Source: a bacterium (GTDB taxonomy: Bacteria; Zhuqueibacterota; Zhuqueibacteria; Oceanimicrobiales; Oceanimicrobiaceae). Taken from it: DNA of 48,320 bases. Shown here piece after piece: positions 9,701 through 19,500 of this stretch; the first letter of the stretch is position 1, and every line of letters begins with the position of its first letter. The translations under genes and the position numbers were made by a program. The stretch is from positions 1-48,320 of the forward strand of contig JBHHXN010000021.1 in NCBI GenBank assembly GCA_046757025.1, given 5' to 3'. The notes under the pieces were generated by a model that did not search any database, was not told the origin of the DNA, and worked only from the letters and a program-made list of their open reading frames with translations.

Positions 9701-11338
9701 TCAGAGTTTTTCCGTGATGGAAATATACACCTCTTCCCACTTGGCATAAATCCATTCCAGCTTATGCTTGAAATAATAGTAAACCAGAATAAAGATAATG
9801 CCGTTAGCCAGGCCAAAAATCGTCGTCCAGAGCGCTTCAAAAATGCCGCTACTCAATTGCTGAATGGTGTTCACAAAATCGGGACGAGCGGTGGTATTGG
9901 ACAGTTGTTGAAAGGCGTAAGTGATGCCGGTCACGGTGCCGAACAATCCCACCAGCGGCGCCAGCGCGCCGTAGTTCCAGAACCATTCAATTTTGGACTT
10001 TCTTCGCAAATTTTCGATCTCGATGGAAGCGCGGTTTTCGAAAGCGCTTTTTACTTCCTCAGATGGTTTGAGCCAGCGGTAACCGTTCATGCGGTGAATT
10101 TCCAGACCGGCGCGAATAATCTTGCTGGTTGGAAACGGATCCAGTCCTTTGCGCAGGTCAAAGATGCCTTTTTTCAAAATCCACTTGCGTATTCGGGCCA
10201 GCAGTTTGTCATCCTTGATCACCGGCTCATAAATTTCATCGATAATTTTGCTCATGTCGATCAAACTGCCGTTGGTGTGCTCGCCGTTGCCGTTTTTAGT
10301 GATCAAATCCTGAAAGCTGTCTTCAATCTTGATCACCAGCTCGGTGAGCAAATCATCCGGTTTTTTGCTGCCATTATGCTCGCCGTTTACGAATGGATAG
10401 GCGATGATGTCTTCGATGGTGCCGATGGCCTTATCGCCGTCGTTGGTCCAATATTCCAGGCAGGCCACGTCCACAGAGGCCATTTTTTCCGTGGCGCTCA
10501 AGCCCTGGGGTATGTTTTTGGTGGCCCTGTCCGCTACCATTCGACTCTTGATAGCGATGGTTTCCCAAGCTTTTAAAATAAATTTGAATTTGTTGGTCAG
10601 GCGGTTTTCATAGGTTTTATCGCAGCTCAATGAAAGCGACCAGAAGAAATTCCGTTTGGTTCTCCTGAAGGGAAAAATGTTTCCCAGATAGAGCGTGCGC
10701 GAGGAATAAAATATCAGCACCAGAAAACTCAAAACCGTTGATATCGACAAAAAGAGAAACGCCACTTTACCCAGCTCGGTTGATTTGTCATAGATTTCTG
10801 ATTTTCCTAGAATCATCAACTGCCAGCGGCCGGGATTTAAATAATAAGTCCAATTTTTGCCGGCCAGCACTGTGTATTGTCGCTTATTGCCCTTTCCGAC
10901 CACGATGGTTGCCGGCGCCGATTCGGCCACCAACATGGCGTTGGCAGAATATGCCCGCACCTTGAACACAAATTTTTTACCCACGGGTTTGTTCAAAAAA
11001 TCGGCGTAGTTCACCCCCGCTACCTTGCGCACGATGGGCCCGGTTTCTCCATCCCATTCAAACAAATAAACTTGAAAGGTCAGCGGCAATTCATCGGCGT
11101 CGTGTTGAATGACTTTCTCCACCCCGTTTCTAATGCTTTTTTCCTCTATCTTCCAGTGCAGCCGCAAATCCACTTCTTTTGGAATGAACAGCCAGTTTTT
11201 TTTCACTTTTAAATACGAAATATCTGAAATGGTAATCTCATAACTGGACTGTGCGGATACGGTCGTAGCCAAAATTGCAAAAAACAAAAAAATACTTCCC
11301 CGGATGTAGACGGTTATTTTCGCTATGGCTTTGTTCAT
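9701..11338 (-). CDS. MotA/TolQ/ExbB proton-channel protein with N-terminal exported FN3-like extension (545 aa)
   Basis: C-terminal APLVGLFGTVTGITYAF and GIFEALWTTIFGL motifs; N-terminal signal peptide, then a beta-rich domain (FVFKVRAYS). Confidence 0.88.
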   Translation of the reverse strand: MNKAIAKITVYIRGSIFLFFAILATTVSAQSSYEITISDISYLKVKKNWLFIPKEVDLRLHWKIEEKSIRNGVEKVIQHDADELPLTFQVYLFEWDGETGPIVRKVAGVNYADFLNKPVGKKFVFKVRAYSANAMLVAESAPATIVVGKGNKRQYTVLAGKNWTYYLNPGRWQLMILGKSEIYDKSTELGKVAFLFLSISTVLSFLVLIFYSSRTLYLGNIFPFRRTKRNFFWSLSLSCDKTYENRLTNKFKFILKAWETIAIKSRMVADRATKNIPQGLSATEKMASVDVACLEYWTNDGDKAIGTIEDIIAYPFVNGEHNGSKKPDDLLTELVIKIEDSFQDLITKNGNGEHTNGSLIDMSKIIDEIYEPVIKDDKLLARIRKWILKKGIFDLRKGLDPFPTSKIIRAGLEIHRMNGYRWLKPSEEVKSAFENRASIEIENLRRKSKIEWFWNYGALAPLVGLFGTVTGITYAFQQLSNTTARPDFVNTIQQLSSGIFEALWTTIFGLANGIIFILVYYYFKHKLEWIYAKWEEVYISITEKL

Positions 11339-11388
11339 GATAAATCACCTCAATTATTACAATAATATTCAATTTATCAAAAAGGACA

Positions 11389-13512
11389 CTAATAGTTGAA
11401 TGTGTAGGTTTCCTCTTTTAGTGCACCGTCTGAAATGGTTTTTGTATATGAATTGATCAACCTGCCTAAGAGATGATCGAGTTGTGCTGTGTTATGAGAT
11501 TCAAAAAAGTCTATCAATTCGTATAATGTGGCTTCGCCTTTGGTTAAAAATCGCGCCAGATCGGAATCCGGGAAAAAGCGTGGAATTTTGGCAAACTCGG
11601 CGAGGTAATCATTTGCACTGGATTGCTCAGCCGTTTTGTACAGGGTAATGGCCTTCAAAAAAAGCACTTCGTCTCCAAACAAGCAGTCTGAAGTCAAGGG
11701 CAAAAACACCGATTCTGGAAAATAGGTATCGTTGAGGTCGATTTCTTTTAGCTCAGTGAGAACCTCCTGAAAGTTATTTTCCACAAAGGCCATGTGCGCT
11801 GAGAAAAATCTTGCCAGCGACTTTTGGTTCAATTTTTCATGAATTAAGTTTCGAGCTTCAGCGGTATTGTGGTTGCGAAACAGCGCAAATGCCTGTAGAT
11901 AATCCACCACTTCTTCCCGCGCGGCAAGCTTGGTACCTGCTAAATCTTCAATGACGTTGATGCGCTTGCCCCAGCTCTGGCCATAATTTTTGCACAAGTT
12001 CATGGCCTGCAGATAATCGCCGGTCAAAATCAGTGACTGTACATAATAGACAAACGATTTGAAATAAGCCTGGCGGTCGTATTCGCTTTTGGTATAATCT
12101 TCAAACAGACTCTTGGATGCGTCCGCCGTGTACAGGATTTTGGTTTTTTTGAATTTTTTGATGGCATTCACCGGGTTCATGATCTCGGCGCTTTTCGCGT
12201 TGCGTAGTACGCTGATGGCGTGCAAAAATTCCATATCGGCCCGCCGCAGGGTCGCTTCATATCTGAATGCGCGTTTATCGGGATTTTTCGCACGTTCGGC
12301 ATTTTTCAAATACTGAATCAGTTTGAGATTGTCGCTGAAAGTCGGCAAATTTTCACACTCGGTGCTAGTAAATTCCGACATACCTTTGAGATACCAGTAG
12401 CGGGCGGTAAAAGGATTGTGATCCACGGAGATGGAGTAACGCGAGCCCACGGCGTCATAAGCGCTCCTTTCTTTGCCGTAAGTGACATCACCGGAGGGCA
12501 CCCAATCGCGGCCCAGCATAATTTCCGGGCTGATGTTGACACCGATGGTAAAAGACTCGTAGTTGGAATTGGCGCCCAGTCGCAGCTTCAGAGGTACATG
12601 CGAGCTAATGACGGACAGATCGTATTCTAACCCGAACATGACGTCGCGGTCACGACCTGGCGGACGCTGAAAACCGTAATCCATGGAAAGCAACAAACCG
12701 CGTAAAATCCCCACGTGTGGCAGGATTGACAATCCCAGAACCCCGGTAGCGGGGATGGGGTCGCTGACTGCCTTTGCACCATAAGAAATACTGGATCCGG
12801 TTAGATCGCGAAGCGTTAAACCCAGGTTGAAAATGCCGGAATTGTGCGTGTATTTTACGCCCAAATCGAAGCTGCTGGCGCTGCCGTTGGCGCCAAACAC
12901 ATCTTGCTGGATGAATTTGGCGGTGACGCCCATATTGATATCGCCACGCAGATATTTCAGAATGCCGGTGGGCGCAACCTGCTTAAATAATCTCGTTAAA
13001 GGATAAGAAACGGAAAAGTATATGGCCGATTGACTGACGGTATTTTCGCTTTGATCCAGGGGCTGCGAAGTATCTTTGTTATAAATCTCGAATTCACCCA
13101 GAGAATGCCACAACAATCCCGCGCCAATGTTGAAATCCTGAATGAAATTGACAAAGGCGTTCTGACTGCTGGCGTTGATAAAAAACAAGCGCAACGGAAC
13201 CGCGCCAGCCAGATAATTGAACGAGGCGCCCTCTTGCAGCGGAATGTGCATGAACATGAAGGAGCCGCCTATACGCGAAAGCGCAGACAACCCGGCGGGA
13301 TTCCAGTACAGGGCGCTGGCGTCATCCGAAATCGACGTGAAAGCCCGGCCCATTCCCAAGGCTTTGGCGCCCACTCCCCAGCGCAAAAATTCTCCTGCCT
13401 GACCCGCGTAATCCTGCGCCGGCAAACGGCTGAACATGAACAATGGAGCAATTATTAAGATCAGGTATGTTCGTTTTCGCATGCTAAAATCCTGTTTGGC
13501 CTGATGATTCAT
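11389..13512 (-). CDS. PorV/PorQ-family outer-membrane barrel with ~340-aa helical C-terminal extension; alternative start at 13482
   Basis: Signature FLRWGVGAKALGMGRAFTSISDDASALYWNPAGL; amphipathic beta strands; TAATG overlap with the upstream gene; AGGA RBS before MRKRTY. Confidence 0.8.
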   Translation of the reverse strand: MNHQAKQDFSMRKRTYLILIIAPLFMFSRLPAQDYAGQAGEFLRWGVGAKALGMGRAFTSISDDASALYWNPAGLSALSRIGGSFMFMHIPLQEGASFNYLAGAVPLRLFFINASSQNAFVNFIQDFNIGAGLLWHSLGEFEIYNKDTSQPLDQSENTVSQSAIYFSVSYPLTRLFKQVAPTGILKYLRGDINMGVTAKFIQQDVFGANGSASSFDLGVKYTHNSGIFNLGLTLRDLTGSSISYGAKAVSDPIPATGVLGLSILPHVGILRGLLLSMDYGFQRPPGRDRDVMFGLEYDLSVISSHVPLKLRLGANSNYESFTIGVNISPEIMLGRDWVPSGDVTYGKERSAYDAVGSRYSISVDHNPFTARYWYLKGMSEFTSTECENLPTFSDNLKLIQYLKNAERAKNPDKRAFRYEATLRRADMEFLHAISVLRNAKSAEIMNPVNAIKKFKKTKILYTADASKSLFEDYTKSEYDRQAYFKSFVYYVQSLILTGDYLQAMNLCKNYGQSWGKRINVIEDLAGTKLAAREEVVDYLQAFALFRNHNTAEARNLIHEKLNQKSLARFFSAHMAFVENNFQEVLTELKEIDLNDTYFPESVFLPLTSDCLFGDEVLFLKAITLYKTAEQSSANDYLAEFAKIPRFFPDSDLARFLTKGEATLYELIDFFESHNTAQLDHLLGRLINSYTKTISDGALKEETYTFNY

Positions 13513-16502
13513 TAAGGTTGCTGCTTTTTGACGCCGATTTTAAATCGCTTTTGAGTTTTGGTGCCCACGCAAATGTAACCACCGCTGGCTACCCAGTCGC
13601 CGTTTCCGTTGCGTCCATCCCAGACGAAATCATGTGTATTCGCTTTTTCCGACACCGTGCGTACCAGATTACCAAAAAAATCGTAAATTTTGATTTCCGT
13701 TTCCGTACTCTCAGCAAATCGAATGGTGATTTTATCATTCAACGGATTAAATGGATTGGGAAAAGCAAACAAGCTGGTAAAGCTTTCCTGTAAAAAAACA
13801 ACCACTGAAGCCGGTTCGCTGAGATTTTCAGCTCCGTCTTGCACCTGCACAATGAGCTCCACTCGCGCCGGTTGTTTTTTTTGAGTTTGAATTTCATAGT
13901 CAACCGTTTCGTTAAGCTGCGCTGCAGAATCTGCCGCATTCCACACCAAACTCACAATGCCGTTTTCGCTGATTTCATATTGCCAAATTTCACCCGGCGG
14001 GGTATCATGTGCGACGATCTGCACCTTGACATTTCTGTCGTTTGTCCAAAGTTGATTGTTTAAAGGATCCGCACCGGGCAGCAAAACATCGTCGATGACG
14101 GGTCGGGTGTTATCCTGGATAGACACGACGGTATCGGAAAACACCTTCCGCAATTGCGTGTCCATTCCAACAATCCAGTAAACGTTCCGCTGTCCGTCCG
14201 CTAAATTCTGAAAAAGATGACAGCTCACACCAGCGGGAGGGTTCGTCACCAGAACGGAATCCTCTGCGGTAAAATCGCCGTTCTCATCTCGAAACAATTT
14301 CAAAGAAGTCAACAAGCCCGAAGCTTCCCAGCAAATTTCCCGGGACAAGCCGGCGGAAAATTCGGGCAGGGCATCCATTTTAATACTCAAAACACCGACA
14401 TAATCACAAACGCTCTCTCCCCCTTCGGTCTGCACGTTGCCTAAAAAATCAAAAGGTAGCACCCGATAGGAGAAGCGATTCGATGACGTGGCCGCTGAGA
14501 AAAGATCGTCGTATTGAACGGCATTCACATCCAGCTCGGCGATCAAATTATTGTCTCTAAGCACTCGATAGCCGGCTAACCCGCTGCAACCCTCCGGCTC
14601 CACGGCCGGACTCCAGCTCAGATGAATGCCGTTGGCATTGAGAAGCTGCTCGCACTTCAGATCGGTCACCGCAGCGGGAGGCGTCGTATCCAAAGTCAGA
14701 GTTATGGGCTGCGAAGTGCGGCTGTTTTCAGCGCCGTCAAAAATGTTCACCACAAGCTCGATGGGGGCGCACGCGGCGGAAATGAGCTCAACGAACAACG
14801 TGGTATCAACTGTATTGGTGATCTGATTCAACGACACCTCTTTATTCAAGAATCCATTTTCCAGGATGGCAATTCTCTTAATTTCGCCCGGACTGGTATC
14901 CCGGGCCTGGATGCGCAAATTGAGCAGTCGGTTCGTCGTCCAATTGTCGCCATTAAAACTGACTGTGTTCAACACCTTCACGGAATCGATTGCTGGCGAA
15001 ATCGCATCCTGAATAGAGAACACGGTGTCGGAAAACACGCTGCGCTGCAGTCGATCCACCGCAGTCACCCAGTAGCAGTATTTCACACCGTCTTCCAGAT
15101 TTGGAAACGTAAAACACGTGTCGCTCACGGTCTGCATTTCGGCCTGAACAAAGTCACAATCCCTGGCCATAAAAACCGAGTACGAATCGATGAGGTCGGA
15201 TCCACGCCAACAGACCCGATTGCTTTTGCCCTGAGTAAACTTCGGTTCTGCATGCATGAAAATTTGCGACACCGGTCTGAAAACACAGGAGGCCGTGCCA
15301 CCCGTTAGCTGAATGTTTGCCAGCGAATCAAACGGTTGCACCTGGTAGCGATAAACCACTTCCGATTGCGTGGCAGACAGGGTGTCGATAAACTGGGTTT
15401 GTGAAGCTTCGACAATCGCGATGAGCGTTTCGTTTCTAAAAATGTGATAACCGGCCAATCCGATTCCCGGAGCGGCGTCAGTGGATTTTGTCCAATTCAA
15501 TTGAACGGTATTTTCTATCTGTTCACAATTCAAGCTCACGCTCGCGGGCGGTGTGGTATCGATTTGTATTTTGATCTGTGCCGGGCTATCGACCGCCGGC
15601 GTCCCGCCGTTACCAGCCAGCTCAAAATGCGGAAAACGGCTCTCCGGTGTGTGCGCGGCGTCCCTTCCTTCGATGCGAAATTCATAACAACCGTCGGCTA
15701 AATTTTGTGTGAAAGCGATTTCGACCGATTCGGCAAATTCAAAACCTGAATCGGTTAATCTGCCCGGATAAGTCGTATCCAAGGTCACTTGTTGCCAGTT
15801 TGCGGATTCGCAATTGCGTCGGAACAGGAAACCCTGCCAGACTCCGGCTGCGTCAAGCAACCGGGCACGTAATTCGAATGTCGATTGATTCCACCATCCT
15901 GCCACGGCTGACGACTGCAATTGTGGAATTCGAACATTCTCAACCCGCGGCGGCTCAGAGTCCTGAATCGACCAGATCGAATCCTCGTATGCGCTGCAAT
16001 GCAGTTGAAGCTGACTGCTGTCGGTTACGGTCTCGCAATTGATGGTGCACACGGGCACAAACAAAGCGGTGGTAAAAGTGTATTTTTTTCCGTTCTCCAG
16101 CGAACCGATGACGTCTTTTTTGGTGGAGTCGTTTTCCAAATTCACCGGTTTTGGAAATTTTAAAGGAGACTCCCCGCTTCCATCCAATACCTGGGTAATC
16201 ACAAACGGATTCAACGCAAACTCGGCGGGTAACGGCAGATCAGCTAAAGTCGGCAGATTAAAATAAATGAAATTGGTCGCTCCCTGGGTATATCTGGGTT
16301 CCGTGAACATGCCCGGAGCGGATAAGTCCTGCGTGCAGTTTTTCGTGCTCAGCCTTTGAATCAAGGCCAAAAGCCTTTGCTGGCGGCGCACTTCCGCTTC
16401 CGCGCCCCTTTGGGCCTGCGCCACACCTCCGCTCAAAATAGAGGTAGTCAGGCACCAGATAGAAATTGTCCAGAGTTTTCTAATCAAATCCCACCACTCC
16501 AA
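13512..16502 (-). CDS. Secreted FN3/Ig-repeat protein with C-terminal FlgD-Ig/T9SS-CTD-like domain (996 aa)
   Basis: Signal peptide (TTG start); about three internal repeats (EPRYTQG/EPKFTQG/LPEFSAG, SIQD, DTTPP); C-terminus AFPNPFNP..IKIYDFFGNLVR..WDGRNGNGDWVASGGY. Confidence 0.88.
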   Translation of the reverse strand: MEWWDLIRKLWTISIWCLTTSILSGGVAQAQRGAEAEVRRQQRLLALIQRLSTKNCTQDLSAPGMFTEPRYTQGATNFIYFNLPTLADLPLPAEFALNPFVITQVLDGSGESPLKFPKPVNLENDSTKKDVIGSLENGKKYTFTTALFVPVCTINCETVTDSSQLQLHCSAYEDSIWSIQDSEPPRVENVRIPQLQSSAVAGWWNQSTFELRARLLDAAGVWQGFLFRRNCESANWQQVTLDTTYPGRLTDSGFEFAESVEIAFTQNLADGCYEFRIEGRDAAHTPESRFPHFELAGNGGTPAVDSPAQIKIQIDTTPPASVSLNCEQIENTVQLNWTKSTDAAPGIGLAGYHIFRNETLIAIVEASQTQFIDTLSATQSEVVYRYQVQPFDSLANIQLTGGTASCVFRPVSQIFMHAEPKFTQGKSNRVCWRGSDLIDSYSVFMARDCDFVQAEMQTVSDTCFTFPNLEDGVKYCYWVTAVDRLQRSVFSDTVFSIQDAISPAIDSVKVLNTVSFNGDNWTTNRLLNLRIQARDTSPGEIKRIAILENGFLNKEVSLNQITNTVDTTLFVELISAACAPIELVVNIFDGAENSRTSQPITLTLDTTPPAAVTDLKCEQLLNANGIHLSWSPAVEPEGCSGLAGYRVLRDNNLIAELDVNAVQYDDLFSAATSSNRFSYRVLPFDFLGNVQTEGGESVCDYVGVLSIKMDALPEFSAGLSREICWEASGLLTSLKLFRDENGDFTAEDSVLVTNPPAGVSCHLFQNLADGQRNVYWIVGMDTQLRKVFSDTVVSIQDNTRPVIDDVLLPGADPLNNQLWTNDRNVKVQIVAHDTPPGEIWQYEISENGIVSLVWNAADSAAQLNETVDYEIQTQKKQPARVELIVQVQDGAENLSEPASVVVFLQESFTSLFAFPNPFNPLNDKITIRFAESTETEIKIYDFFGNLVRTVSEKANTHDFVWDGRNGNGDWVASGGYICVGTKTQKRFKIGVKKQQP

Positions 16503-16529
16503 AAGAATTTAACGTCCAAAGTCACAACA

Positions 16530-19500
16530 TTATTTTAACAACAACATCCTTTGTGATGAAACAAAATCCTTTACGCGCATGCGGTACACATAAAGGCCGT
16601 TTCCAACCACCGTGCCTCTATCGTCGCGGCCATCCCAGACCACGCGGTGTTCTCCAGCCGGTTTTTCATCCTGCACCAGAGTTCGGATCTTCTGGCCGGT
16701 GAGGTTGAAGATTTCGATTTCAACTTTTACCGTACCCGAGCTAACCGCAGGTATGGCATATTTAATCGTGGTCGTCGGATTAAACGGATTGGGATAATTT
16801 TGCTTTAAAGCAAATTGCTCGGGAATATTGGCAGCTTCGTTGGACTCCACTTCCGTCACATTGGTTCCGGTATTTAACTGGCAGAAGAATAAATCCGACC
16901 AGGCGCTATCGAAAGAATTGACCCGTGTTTTAATCCGCCAGTAAATACCCTCCCAGGGCACTTTAAAATTCGTACATTGATCTGTCAACGGGCCAATGAA
17001 GACATTGGTGATAGGGCTGCCAAACAGTTCCACAAATCGTGCACCTTCCAGGAAATAAACCATTTCACTTGCCGGCGCGGTTGACTGTCCCGAACTCCAG
17101 CAAAACGTGGTGTCATCCAAACACCAACCGGAATCAGGCGGGCTGATCATGAATGGCACGCTGCCGGCTTTCGCCAAAGTCTGGCGGTTCATCAGGCTGT
17201 CCACCGCGTGTACCTGCCACTGTAAGTTTAAAAAATTGTCATTGATTTTCACCCGACGGTCAACAAATTTATACACATCAGCGCGGCTACTGTCTCTGGC
17301 CAGAACTTCCTCGTCGCGGGTAATTTCATAGTACCAGGTGCCACTGCAATTGTCATCAACCGCGATCCAACTCAGGTGCACGTTGACCTCTCCCGGCGCA
17401 CCAAAGTCGGGTGCCGCGGTGGAATCGACCATGCTGGTCACGATAGCCGGCGGCAAGGCATCGTAGTGACCGGAAATCGCCCCCAGTTGCGGGTAGTCTG
17501 TTGACCATGGTGACAGATGCTGCCAGCGGTCCTGCGCTCGAATTCGGGCATAAACCACTTCATTTTGCACGCTTGCGAAGGGAAAATCCGGCATCCAATG
17601 AAAAGTGTGTCTTCGACTAAAACCCAACTTTTTGGTACTTTTGTTAAAATTAAAATCGGGATCGATACTCAGCTCAATGACCAGACTGTCGGCGCCAAAA
17701 TTATCGGCTACTATCGACAAATTTTCATCCACCCACGACCAGACCAGCTCCAAACTATCGCGAAAACAGGAAGGCTTCACTTCCAGCAACTTCGGTGTAA
17801 ACACCCAGAATGGCTTGAAGTGCGCATCCTGTACCGTGATGGTATTTGAACGCTGCTGCAAAAAATCAATAGCCGTAACCGTAAAAGAATAGATTTTTGA
17901 GATATCAAATCCCCGTATCAGCAACGTATCTACATCGACCACTTTTGTAGAATCTAAAATCATTTTTGACCCCTTTTCTGACCACTGCACCAAAAACGTG
18001 TTCACCGCTTCCTCGGAATAGCCCTGCCATGACAGAAAAATATCCCCGGATGCAGTACCCGGCGGAACCGGCAGAGCCTGCACGTCAAACGCTACCGGTT
18101 CGGGTAAATTGTCCAGCGGCACCACTAAAAACGGCGCAGGATGGCTGATAAATTGCTCGGCACATCCCTGCCCGGTATCTCCCAACAAAATTTCCCGAAC
18201 CTGGAAATAATAATTGTGCCCGGAAAAGGCATTAAATAAAGTGTAGTCTGTTTTATTAAAAAGCGTATCCACCTGCACCGGCGCGGAATCGGTAACGTCT
18301 TTAAAAACCAACATTTCGACGTAGAAGTCATCGGTGCCGGGCAATCTCGGTGAAGGGCGATTCCAAAACACCTTAATGTTATTTTGGTCGATTTCCGTTT
18401 GGTCTTTCGTGAATTCCGGCGCACGATTGGAAAATTGGCCGACGATGGGATTGACCAGAGAAATCAAGTTGAAACAATCCCGCGCTTGCACCAAATAATT
18501 GTTGCACTCATAAGCACGCAGGGAATGCTTTTCAAATTCGTGCCGCCATTGCAAGCTGTCACCGGGAAGCACCGCAGCCGGCGTCTCTGGCTGGGGTGCC
18601 CCTTGCGGCCAGGTGAAAATCCGATATTCCACAATTTCCAAACTATCGGGATGGGTCCAGGAAAGCAGGATGTCGCCCGTGGGCGCAGATTCGTGTACCG
18701 CAGTCAGGTTTTGAACTCCCGCCAGCGACGCCTTCTTTCGAAAGGTAATGGTGTTGGAAAAAATCGTGGAATCGCCGTTGACATAAAACGCCCGCATACG
18801 CAAACGGTAGATGCCATCCCCGCCATCGATGGGACAATCGAAAGTTTGATTAACCGGAGCACTTATCAACTTACGGTTTTGGGATCCGTCCGGATTGACT
18901 ATTTCAATTTCATACCCCTGCACATTTTCGCTGTTGAATCCGGGCCAGGCAAAGGACAGGGTATCGCGGTTGATTCCTAAAATATCGCTGGAACAGAAAA
19001 GGGTGTTGGAAGAATCCGGGAAAATACGCGGCCCCACCAACGCTCTGATTGCGACTTCCTGGTCGGAATCGACCAGGGAGCGAGCGTTGCCCACCCGATC
19101 CATGGCGCTGATTTTGTAGTGAAAGATTTGATTGACCCCGATGGCAGACAAAGCGTCACAGTAGGAGGTCTCTGCCCCTGAAATAGTATCGACAGCGCTG
19201 AAACTGGCTCCGCCGTCGCCACTGCGATAAACAATATAGGAACTCAGACCGGACACCTCATCGAAGGCCGGCAGCCAGCTCAAGTCAACACAGCCATCTT
19301 CCCCGCCGTCAAAAATGCGCGGACGTGCGGTTAAATTGTGGATATCCGAGGGCGGGAAAAAATCTTGTATGGCGGAAACCGTGTCCGACCAGATGCTGAT
19401 ATTTCCAAACCGATCTTTTCCAGCGGCCCGATAATAATATTTAACGCCGCTCACAAAATTTGGATCTTTTGCCGGGGGCAGCAGATCAAATTCGTAACTG

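Noticed and set aside
9061..11338. Canonical Tol-Pal, flagellar MotAB or iron-uptake TonB system
   Set aside because: No tolB/pal, no OmpA-like MotB domain and no TonB-dependent receptor in the locus.
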